Part shown: piece by piece, positions 1-6,502 of the stretch
Position numbering within the stretch: position 1 is the stretch's first letter
Layout of the letters: each line of letters begins with the position of its first letter
IMG/VR virus record: IMGVR_UViG_3300011013_000004
Coordinates: 1 to 36,131 of that record
Source: a virus
Direction: 5' to 3' (one strand)
Length of the DNA: 36,131 nt
Position numbers and translations under genes: made by a program
The notes under the pieces: generated by a model
The model's input: only the letters and a program-made list of their open reading frames with translations
What the model was told of the DNA's origin: nothing
The model's database searches: none

Positions 1-123
1 AACACCGACATTATCTAATAACTTTTTAATTGGTGAGTATGATGTTTCAGCAGGTTACTTTTTAGAGGGCAAAGTAGATGAATTAAGCATCTGGAGTACG
101 GCTCTAACTGATGCAAATATTTC
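1..123. repeat. Terminal overlap copy A, identical to 36009-36131. Indicates circular closure or a permuted assembly with a 36,008-bp unit.
   Basis: Direct comparison: the first 123 bases (aacaccgacattatctaataac...ctgatgcaaatatttc) recur base-for-base as the last 123 bases of the window. Confidence 0.95.
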
Positions 124-991
124 TACACTATGGAATGATGGTACACCAAACAATCTAAATACTGCTTTAGCAACTACGCCAGTAAATTGGTATCGTTGTG
201 GAGATTCTGGCACGTTCTTTAACTCAAATTGGGAGATTCCAGAGCAAACGAAGATAAATAATTGGTCAAGTCATTCATTTGCTTTTGATGGGGTTAGTAG
301 TTATATAGATTTAGGTTCAGATACATCATTAGAACCTGCATCAGCATTAAGTGTTTCAGCTTGGGTGAAAAGAGATGCAAGTATGGTGAATTATAGCGGG
401 ATAGTAGAAAGTCCAAAAGACACTTATAGTGATGGATGGGTTATGGTAGGCACGTCTACTAATAAAGTTAGATTCTATTTATGGACTACATTGGGAACTC
501 CTTTTGCAGAAATAGATAGTGCTATTACAATAGATACTTGGTATCATATACTTGGTACTTGGGATGGCAGTACAATACGTATATATGTTAATGGAGTATT
601 ACAATCTACAACAGGGGTTGCAGCAGATATTGTTTATGCATCACCATCAAATAAACCAGCGACTATCGGTCATTATGCTCTAAATGAATTTCCTGGCAAT
701 ATAGATGATGTTTCCATATATAGTACAGACAAATCAAGTTCTGCATCAGCCATATATAATTCAGGAGTCCCAAAAGATGAAAGTGCAACTTCTGGACTTG
801 TTGGATATTGGACTTTTGACGATGCAACCTTTTCAACAAATTGGAATGTGCCTGATAATTCAAGTAATTCCAACAATGGCACAAGTAGTGGAATGGCAAT
901 AGACGACAAAGTAAATAACGCACCAGACAACATTAATCAGGGATTAACCTCTGGAATGGTTGAAGGAGATAGAGTAGAAGATACACCATAA
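2..991 (+). CDS. 3' part of the tandem LamG (concanavalin-A-like lectin) domain protein, a putative tail adhesin / receptor-binding protein. The 5' part is 35542-36131.
   Basis: This frame is open from base 2; there is no stop before the Met at 365 used by the ORF track. Collapsing the 123-bp overlap gives one ORF, 35542..36008 + 1..991 = 1458 nt (485 aa). This half carries a LamG-like repeat: FAFDGVSSYIDLG...WYHILGTWDGSTIRIYVNG...GNIDDVSIYS. Confidence 0.75.
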   Translation, partial: TPTLSNNFLIGEYDVSAGYFLEGKVDELSIWSTALTDANISTLWNDGTPNNLNTALATTPVNWYRCGDSGTFFNSNWEIPEQTKINNWSSHSFAFDGVSSYIDLGSDTSLEPASALSVSAWVKRDASMVNYSGIVESPKDTYSDGWVMVGTSTNKVRFYLWTTLGTPFAEIDSAITIDTWYHILGTWDGSTIRIYVNGVLQSTTGVAADIVYASPSNKPATIGHYALNEFPGNIDDVSIYSTDKSSSASAIYNSGVPKDESATSGLVGYWTFDDATFSTNWNVPDNSSNSNNGTSSGMAIDDKVNNAPDNINQGLTSGMVEGDRVEDTP

Positions 992-1002
992 ATTAAAACA
1001 AA

Positions 1003-1257
1003 ATGAAATCATATATAACAATTAAGACAAGTGCTATTGATATAGTAAATTTTGCAGAAGTAATAGAGAGCCGAGAGAATTTAAGATACTCTTTAGATGG
1101 TTCTGAGTTTGTGTGTAAGTGGATATATGGTTCACCACATATCCCTTCAAGTATAGAGAGTGTACCAGAATCAGACAGAAGTGCTATTTTAACACACGCT
1201 GAAGCATTGACATTAATGGCAACGGCTGAATGGTCAGACCCTAATCCTCCAGTATAA
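1003..1257 (+). CDS. Hypothetical protein (84 aa)
   Basis: ATG ORF packed between neighbours; its TAA stop overlaps the next ATG (TAATG at 1255-1259). No recognisable motif. Confidence 0.55.
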   Translation: MKSYITIKTSAIDIVNFAEVIESRENLRYSLDGSEFVCKWIYGSPHIPSSIESVPESDRSAILTHAEALTLMATAEWSDPNPPV

Positions 1258-1463
1258 TGGACTATAAACAAATGGCAAAGAATCCAGTACAATACCTTTT
1301 TGGATTGGCAATCGTGGGATTGGCATATATGCATACTCAGGCGATGGATTCTATGCAATTACAAATAGATCGACAATCAGACCAAATTACACTATTAAGA
1401 GCAGAAAACAAAGAACTCCAAAACAAATACATTGAACTGGCTAAAAGTATTGGTAATAGGTAG
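1257..1463 (+). CDS. Small membrane protein with one TM segment plus a coiled coil (holin or i-spanin-like)
   Basis: Hydrophobic stretch VQYLFGLAIVGLAYM followed by a heptad-like QLQIDRQSDQITLLRAENKELQNKYIELAK. Lies directly upstream of lipoprotein ORFs and the endolysin. Confidence 0.5.
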   Translation: MDYKQMAKNPVQYLFGLAIVGLAYMHTQAMDSMQLQIDRQSDQITLLRAENKELQNKYIELAKSIGNR

Positions 1464-1803
1464 CATCTTTATAGGATGTAATAATGTTTCTCAAACAGAG
1501 AGCTGCGAATATAAAGTAAATTACGACTCTTTGTTTGGGATTGGAGATTCTATTCTAAGTGACCATTATACGCAGGAGGCAATAGAAAGAATGTATCAAG
1601 ATAGTTTAAAAGGTGAAGTGTCCTCATATCAAATCAGATTAAACCAAAAACAAATTAAAGAAGAAAGAGAACGGATAATATATAAAGACACAATAATATA
1701 TCGTAAAAAGACGATAACAGACACAATATATAATAAGGTCTATCTAACAGACACAATAAGAGATACAATTTATTTAACTAAAAAAGAATTAAAAAGAAAA
1801 TGA
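1432..1803 (+). CDS. Putative lipoprotein (o-spanin-like position), TTG start
   Basis: N-terminus MNWLKVLVIGSIFIGC has a signal peptide plus a lipobox-like FIGC. Overlaps the 3' end of the preceding TM/coiled-coil ORF, as embedded or overlapping spanin pairs do. There is no ATG in the signal region, so the start is TTG 1432. Confidence 0.45.
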   Translation: MNWLKVLVIGSIFIGCNNVSQTESCEYKVNYDSLFGIGDSILSDHYTQEAIERMYQDSLKGEVSSYQIRLNQKQIKEERERIIYKDTIIYRKKTITDTIYNKVYLTDTIRDTIYLTKKELKRK

Positions 1804-1955
1804 GATTTTATAGATGGTTTGATTTTTACAAGTGGGATTTACTTATCGTAATATCAGGGCTTACGTTATTCACTTTAATAGTATCTTGTAAACCGGAATA
1901 CACAGACGTTCAGTTTAAGGAAATTAAAAGAGATTCAGTTGAAACTAACAAATAA
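1800..1955 (+). CDS. Small putative lipoprotein (51 aa), below the ORF-track length cutoff
   Basis: My own translation: MRFYRWFDFYKWDLLIVISGLTLFTLIVSCKPEYTDVQFKEIKRDSVETNK. ATG 1800 overlaps the upstream TGA (ATGA). Hydrophobic segment ends in the lipobox-like LIVSC. Confidence 0.35.
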   Translation: MRFYRWFDFYKWDLLIVISGLTLFTLIVSCKPEYTDVQFKEIKRDSVETNK

Positions 1956-2361
1956 TTTCAGTTTACAGGAGTTTATAGACCCAGATACCTATAAGAGATT
2001 TGGCAGTTCAAGTGTTTGGTTTATTGACCCTAAGATAGTGACGTTAGCACAATTCATAAGAGAACGCTTAGGAAAGCCGTGTACGATAAATAACTGGGCA
2101 AGTGGGGGTTCTTATCAATACTCAGGTTTTCGTCCTCCTAAATGCAGCGTAGGAGCATCTATGAGTCAGCATAGATTCGGCAGGGCTATTGACTTGAAAG
2201 TAAAAGGAATGAAAGCTGACGAAGTGCGAGAAGATATAATTAAGAATTTTGACATATATAAAAAGGCAGGTTTAACGACGATAGAGGATGGTGCTTATGC
2301 ACCTACTTGGTGTCATATAGACATCAGAGATACGGAAGGACTGCTAATTGTTAAGCCGTAA
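1939..2361 (+). CDS. Endolysin, zinc peptidase M15 family (D-Ala-D-Ala carboxypeptidase / L-Ala-D-Glu peptidase fold)
   Basis: Motifs SQHRFGRAIDL (H-x6-D) and WCHIDIRD (second His) match the M15 zinc-binding signature. N-terminal NFSLQEF is typical of the family. The only available start is TTG 1939; the frame opens at 1882 and has no ATG or GTG. Confidence 0.8.
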   Translation: MKLTNNFSLQEFIDPDTYKRFGSSSVWFIDPKIVTLAQFIRERLGKPCTINNWASGGSYQYSGFRPPKCSVGASMSQHRFGRAIDLKVKGMKADEVREDIIKNFDIYKKAGLTTIEDGAYAPTWCHIDIRDTEGLLIVKP

Positions 2362-2363
2362 AA

Positions 2364-3245
2364 GTGAAAATAGAAAGAAACGCCAGTAATAGTATAACTA
2401 TTCATATTCCTTATAAAGCAAAGGGAGGATGGGAACAATGGTTTCTTTTGTCTTCTGATAGACACCACGACAACCCAAAGACAGACCAAAAATTAGAAAA
2501 GAAACACTTAGACCAAGCTTTAGAAAAGGATGCTTTAATTATGGACTTTGGAGATCTGTTTTGTGCTATGCAGGGTAAGTATGACCCCAGAGGAAACAAA
2601 GCAGACATAAGACCAGAGCATCAATGTTTGAATTATTTTGACGCTTTAGTTGATTCTTCTGTAGAATTTTATAAACCCTATGCGAAAAATGTCGTACTTT
2701 TGGGTAAAGGTAATCACGAAACAAGCATCTTAAAAAGACAAGAAATAGACCTTAATCAGCGATTGATTTATGGTCTAAATAAAGAAACAGGAAGTAGCAT
2801 TTTTTCTGGTGGGTATTCTGGATGGGTGCAGGTTAGATTTAGAGATTCAAGAAAAGGCGGAGGTACAGGAGGTGGAGAAACTTATAATCTTTGGTATCAT
2901 CATGGTGCTGGTGGTTCCGGACCAGTAACAAAGGGAGTTATACAAGCTAATAGAAGGGCTACTTTTTTACCTGATGCACATATAATTGTAGGTGGACACA
3001 TACACGAAGAATGGAGAGTTACTTACCAAAGAGCAAGATTAACGATTAAAGGAAAGCCATATCAAGACGAACAGATACACGTATGCCTACCTACTTATAA
3101 AGATGAATATAGAAACGGAGAAGGGGGATGGCATATAGAAAAAGGCAGACCACCTAAACCATTAGGTGCAGCGTGGTTGCGGTTTTATTACGAGTACACA
3201 AAAGGAAAGAAATGCATTAAATATGAACTAATACGAGCAAAATGA
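2364..3245 (+). CDS. Calcineurin-like metallophosphoesterase
   Basis: Ordered motif set: SDRHHD (DxH), FGDLF (GD), GKGNHE (GNHE), WYHHGAGG (H), GGHIHEEW (GHxH). GTG start lies 2 nt after the endolysin stop. Confidence 0.8.
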   Translation: MKIERNASNSITIHIPYKAKGGWEQWFLLSSDRHHDNPKTDQKLEKKHLDQALEKDALIMDFGDLFCAMQGKYDPRGNKADIRPEHQCLNYFDALVDSSVEFYKPYAKNVVLLGKGNHETSILKRQEIDLNQRLIYGLNKETGSSIFSGGYSGWVQVRFRDSRKGGGTGGGETYNLWYHHGAGGSGPVTKGVIQANRRATFLPDAHIIVGGHIHEEWRVTYQRARLTIKGKPYQDEQIHVCLPTYKDEYRNGEGGWHIEKGRPPKPLGAAWLRFYYEYTKGKKCIKYELIRAK

Positions 3246-3472
3246 AGATACCCATAAATTTAATTAAGTCAGTAATTGTTAGCGGATTGAAACCTTTGCC
3301 GCTTTCTGGAATAGTAAAAGAGGTTAAGGAATTAAAACAATCTAAGTTCGACAAGGAGAAGGTGCTGAAGTTAGCTTTCTATTTAATAGGCGGTTCAGTA
3401 GTATGGGCGGTTATTCTTGGGAAGATAGATATGGAAACGGCAGCAGAGCTATTAACCTTGTTAGGATTTTAG
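3242..3472 (+). CDS. Small membrane protein (76 aa), possible holin
   Basis: ATGA overlap with the upstream gene. Hydrophobic segments VIVSGLKPLPLSGIV and LAFYLIGGSVVWAVILG. Last gene before a strong terminator. Confidence 0.55.
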   Translation: MKIPINLIKSVIVSGLKPLPLSGIVKEVKELKQSKFDKEKVLKLAFYLIGGSVVWAVILGKIDMETAAELLTLLGF

Positions 3473-3500
3473 TATATTTGTAGTTTATAGATTGGGTTTT

Positions 3501-3535
3501 AACCCCTCAGGTCTTAGGATTTGGGGGGTTTTTTT
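3501..3535 (+). terminator. Rho-independent terminator ending the late/lysis operon
   Basis: aacccc (3501-3506) pairs with ggggtt (3525-3530) and is followed by a T-run to 3535. Lies immediately after the stop at 3472. Confidence 0.7.
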
Positions 3536-3578
3536 ATGTCTTTTTCTTATTTTTAATTATTTTTTTTATTTTTTTTCT

Positions 3579-3589
3579 ATCTGGTAGAG
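3579..3589 (+). promoter_or_regulatory. Conserved upstream element ATCTGGTAGAG, copy 1 (41 nt upstream of the -33 box)
   Basis: The same 11-mer, flanked by T6 upstream and a T7-8/A5+ tract downstream, recurs at 5878-5888 at the same distance from a second promoter. Confidence 0.55.
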
Positions 3590-3619
3590 AAAGTTTTTTT
3601 AAAAATAATTACTTTTTTA

Positions 3620-3651
3620 TTTGGTATTCCTTTAAAAGTGTATTATATTTG
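3620..3651 (+). promoter_or_regulatory. Bacteroidota-type promoter P1 (-33 TTTG / -7 TAnnTTTG)
   Basis: TTTG at 3620-3623, a 20-nt spacer, TAtaTTTG at 3644-3651, then GTACTAA. Located in a 217-bp non-coding gap upstream of the first early gene. Confidence 0.6.
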
Positions 3652-3689
3652 TACTAACAAAATTAAAACAATAACCAAAACCCAAGAAA

Positions 3690-4262
3690 ATGAGCACAAG
3701 AGCAACATATAAAATCACAGATTACAATAGAGAAATGACCTTTTACATACACCACGACGGATATAAGGAAGGTGCTGCACACTATTTTTATAATATGATA
3801 GAAACCCGCACAGGAACTGGTGAGGGATATAAAACCAATAGCAAGGGCGGTAATATAGAAGCGTTCCTTCGAGCAAACTATAACGCTGAAATTACAGAAA
3901 GCCATAATGCACACGGAGATACTGAGTATCGATACACCTTAAACGCTTACAATACTTTAGAAGTGTCAGAAGTTAGTTGGAATGGAGATAATACTGACAC
4001 GAATACTGAAACCTTTAATTTGATTGACTTTATAAACAAGTACCACGATGAAAAGGTTATGGAGATAGAAGGTGAGTATGGATATAAGGAGATTCACACA
4101 CAGAACACGCTTAAAGCACTAATTAAAAAAGAAAGTGACCTACTTGATATTTGGACTAAGAATGGTCATACAAACTCAGCCAACTATAAAAGTTTAGAGA
4201 AAAGAATATCAAGTTATTTAGAGCAGCAAAAGAAATTTAATAACGTAATGCAAATTGTATAA
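3690..4262 (+). CDS. Early protein, unknown function (190 aa)
   Basis: First ORF after P1, preceded by AAAACCCAAGAAAATG. No motif recognised. Confidence 0.65.
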   Translation: MSTRATYKITDYNREMTFYIHHDGYKEGAAHYFYNMIETRTGTGEGYKTNSKGGNIEAFLRANYNAEITESHNAHGDTEYRYTLNAYNTLEVSEVSWNGDNTDTNTETFNLIDFINKYHDEKVMEIEGEYGYKEIHTQNTLKALIKKESDLLDIWTKNGHTNSANYKSLEKRISSYLEQQKKFNNVMQIV

Positions 4263-4280
4263 TTTTTAAAACCTAAGAAA

Positions 4281-4544
4281 ATGACAACAATAGAAATCCC
4301 AACCTTGACCTTTACGCAGCAAGATTACAATAAGGGTAATAATGAAATTGTAATAAACTTGAATACGGAGAGAGAGTTTGATAATTTAATTAATGACTAC
4401 CAAAGAAGTCATAGGCGACTTTTTCCGCAGATAAATTTACTTTCTCCAACTCAGACGATGGCGAATTTTGTCTATCCGAGATTAGATGGATGGGAAATTG
4501 TTTACGAGGGCAAAAATTGTAACGTAAGATTAACATATAAATAA
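4281..4544 (+). CDS. Early protein, unknown function (87 aa)
   Basis: ATG preceded by AAAACCTAAGAAAATG. No motif recognised. Confidence 0.6.
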   Translation: MTTIEIPTLTFTQQDYNKGNNEIVINLNTEREFDNLINDYQRSHRRLFPQINLLSPTQTMANFVYPRLDGWEIVYEGKNCNVRLTYK

Positions 4545-4577
4545 AATTAATTTTAACAAAACCTAAAACCTAAAAAA

Positions 4578-5048
4578 ATGAAAGCAAGACAATATTTTTT
4601 ATTAAAAACACCGATTCTTTTACAGGATGAAGGCATTACTATATTAGGGGGATTTCCTAAATATACTGGTATAATAGGCAGAATGTCCGAAAGCCAAGTT
4701 CCTACTAAAATATTCAAATCAATATGCTATAAAATCCTTGATATTATAGGACATTTATTAATGGGTATGAATAAATATATTTTAATAATCAGAGATTCAG
4801 ATAATAATATTTATGCTTTACAATCTTATGATGGTAAATATTTTTTATCTAAAGATGCTCCAATTTTAGATTATGATACAGGCGAATATTTAGGCTCTGC
4901 TCATATTCTCTCTGACTTAAACGACCAAAACAAGGAACAATATCATAATGTCTTTAAAAAATTAGAAATAGTTTTAATAGATGACAAACACCAGAAGATT
5001 TGGAGGGGATTTGGAGATACAGAAGGTATAGAAAAACTCAATAAATAA
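4578..5048 (+). CDS. Early protein, unknown function (156 aa)
   Basis: ATG preceded by a doubled AAAACCTAAAACCTAA leader. No motif recognised. Confidence 0.6.
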   Translation: MKARQYFLLKTPILLQDEGITILGGFPKYTGIIGRMSESQVPTKIFKSICYKILDIIGHLLMGMNKYILIIRDSDNNIYALQSYDGKYFLSKDAPILDYDTGEYLGSAHILSDLNDQNKEQYHNVFKKLEIVLIDDKHQKIWRGFGDTEGIEKLNK

Positions 5049-5060
5049 AACCTAAACGAA

Positions 5061-5309
5061 ATGGAAAAGACAATTAAAATAGACCTCATAATGGAACAAG
5101 AAGAACTCGACTTGTGGGGTGATGAAGCTGAAATCGAAGTCACTTATGAAGATCGGATAGTAACTGAAATGACCTACAAAGGAAAGGACATTATTCACTT
5201 ATTAGACAGATATTCTTTTGACATCTTTGAAGCAATTTTTAACCACGAAAGTAATATGCCACAAATAGAGCGTGACGAAAATGATTACTTCGACTTAAAC
5301 ACTAACTAA
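5061..5309 (+). CDS. Small, strongly acidic early protein (82 aa)
   Basis: By my count 23 D/E versus 7 K/R. Preceded by the AAAACCTAA leader. Confidence 0.6.
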   Translation: MEKTIKIDLIMEQEELDLWGDEAEIEVTYEDRIVTEMTYKGKDIIHLLDRYSFDIFEAIFNHESNMPQIERDENDYFDLNTN

Positions 5310-5470
5310 TGGAAACACTCGTAACACCCAAAACCTTCGCTAAAATGACTGGCTTAAGTCCAGTAGAAGTATATCAAATGTTAAAGCCACAAAGGATAGT
5401 ACCAACCTATATAGATGGTAAGCCCTTTATTGACTTAGATAAACACAACCCTAAAAACTTTAAGAAATGA
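5309..5470 (+). CDS. Small HTH-like protein (53 aa), below the ORF-track cutoff
   Basis: My own translation: METLVTPKTFAKMTGLSPVEVYQMLKPQRIVPTYIDGKPFIDLDKHNPKNFKK. It has an excisionase/MerR-like pattern (TPKTFAKMTGLSPVEVYQML). TAATG and ATGA overlaps on both sides. Confidence 0.4.
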   Translation: METLVTPKTFAKMTGLSPVEVYQMLKPQRIVPTYIDGKPFIDLDKHNPKNFKK

Positions 5471-5655
5471 GAGAGAGAACCACAACCGACGTAGAGAAAG
5501 CAGTATTTAAGTATCTGGATATTCTTCACGCTGAGAACAGAATCGGAATACGTGCCTTGCAAAGAAAGTGGGGATTCGATACAGAAACGGCAATCTTTTT
5601 AATTAATCTCTGGAATAAGAATAGGGGACAAGATTATAAAATAATCAAGCTATGA
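5467..5655 (+). CDS. Small protein with a possible FtsK-gamma-like winged helix (62 aa)
   Basis: IRALQRKWGFDTETAIFLINLW loosely resembles the LQRxxxIGYxRAxxLI motif of FtsK gamma domains. Weak similarity, from memory. Confidence 0.45.
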   Translation: MRERTTTDVEKAVFKYLDILHAENRIGIRALQRKWGFDTETAIFLINLWNKNRGQDYKIIKL

Positions 5656-5867
5656 AAAAGGAACTGGAAACCTTAGAGCAATTACTTCTATTAATCAGCT
5701 TGGAAGAAGCACGTATTAAAGACACCCGTATATTCATTTTAAAGCTATCTAAGATACTTTATTCCGATAAGCTATATCATAGATTAGAGATACAACAAAA
5801 TGCCTTAAAACGCCTTAAAATACGCTATAATAAACAAGCATATAAACTAAAATTATTTAAAATATAA
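5652..5867 (+). CDS. Early protein, unknown function (71 aa)
   Basis: ATGA-coupled ORF, the last gene of the first early operon. Confidence 0.5.
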   Translation: MKKELETLEQLLLLISLEEARIKDTRIFILKLSKILYSDKLYHRLEIQQNALKRLKIRYNKQAYKLKLFKI

Positions 5868-5877
5868 ATTTTTTTTA

Positions 5878-5888
5878 ATCTGGTAGAG
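5878..5888 (+). promoter_or_regulatory. Conserved upstream element ATCTGGTAGAG, copy 2 (42 nt upstream of the -33 box)
   Basis: Identical 11-mer and flanking T/A tracts as at 3579-3589. Confidence 0.55.
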
Positions 5889-5919
5889 TGATTTTTTTTA
5901 AAAAAAAAGTAAGAAAAAG

Positions 5920-5950
5920 TTTGGTTATTAAAATAATTACTTTAAATTTG
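5920..5950 (+). promoter_or_regulatory. Bacteroidota-type promoter P2 (-33 TTTG / -7 TAnnTTTG)
   Basis: TTTG at 5920-5923, a 19-nt spacer, TAaaTTTG at 5943-5950, then the same GTACTAA as P1. Confidence 0.6.
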
Positions 5951-5982
5951 TACTAAGAATTTAAAATTGTTCTTTAAGTATT

Positions 5983-6070
5983 GGGGGGTGAGTCAGGCAA
6001 CATAATAGGATGACAAGCTCGATTCTTGTAAAACTGGATAACTCTGAAAAATGATTGGATGACACCCCTT
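5983..6070 (+). other. Structured 5' leader or possible small RNA downstream of P2
   Basis: ggggggtgagtca (5983-5995) can pair with tgacacccctt (6060-6070), leaving a 2-nt bulge and enclosing about 64 nt. Three GGATRAC direct repeats lie at 6008, 6036 and 6057. No ORF of 15 codons or more. Confidence 0.3.
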
Positions 6071-6112
6071 AATATTTAAACCAAATAAAATCAATAATTA
6101 AAACCTAATATT

Positions 6113-6301
6113 ATGAAAAAGGAACTAATAAGACAAGCAATAGAACTAATATCTGAAGCACAAAATTTAGTAGATGAAGCAGTAAGCGGAACTTCACAAG
6201 AAGCAAATTATAACGCTTATGGAAAGTATGGATTCAGCCAACTATTAGGCAACGGAAATCCTTATGACCCCAGTTTAGAGGACTTACTTGAAAATGAATA
6301 A
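6113..6301 (+). CDS. Small acidic early protein (62 aa)
   Basis: ATG preceded by AAAACCTAATATTATG. No motif recognised. Confidence 0.55.
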   Translation: MKKELIRQAIELISEAQNLVDEAVSGTSQEANYNAYGKYGFSQLLGNGNPYDPSLEDLLENE

Positions 6302-6312
6302 AACCTAATATT

Positions 6313-6492
6313 ATGAACCTAAAGAACAGATTATCAGTAATGATTCAGCACACTTCTAAGGAGCATCTGGATAAACTGGAGAACCTTTATAAAGGAGAAC
6401 ATCTTTACGAGAAAACAAGTGCAGCTTTCGAATGGCATCTTAAAGAGTGTCACGAATTACTAAAAGAATGCTTAAATGAATTAAATAAATAA
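6313..6492 (+). CDS. Small early protein (59 aa), below the ORF-track cutoff
   Basis: My own translation: MNLKNRLSVMIQHTSKEHLDKLENLYKGEHLYEKTSAAFEWHLKECHELLKECLNELNK. Preceded by the same 17-nt AAAACCTAATATTATGA as the gene 200 bp upstream. Confidence 0.45.
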   Translation: MNLKNRLSVMIQHTSKEHLDKLENLYKGEHLYEKTSAAFEWHLKECHELLKECLNELNK

Positions 6493-6502
6493 TAATTAAA
6501 AC

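Noticed and set aside
3473-3480. TAtaTTTG -7 box right after the stop codon at 3472 and just upstream of the terminator hairpin
   Set aside because: There is no -33 element at a workable spacing; the nearest TTG is 12 nt away. The only product would be the terminator hairpin itself. Likely fortuitous.
5983-6070. Possible tRNA in the structured non-coding region
   Set aside because: The closing stem has a bulge. There is no GTTCRANYC-like T-loop and no D-arm, and no cloverleaf can be drawn. I kept it only as a structured leader or possible sRNA.
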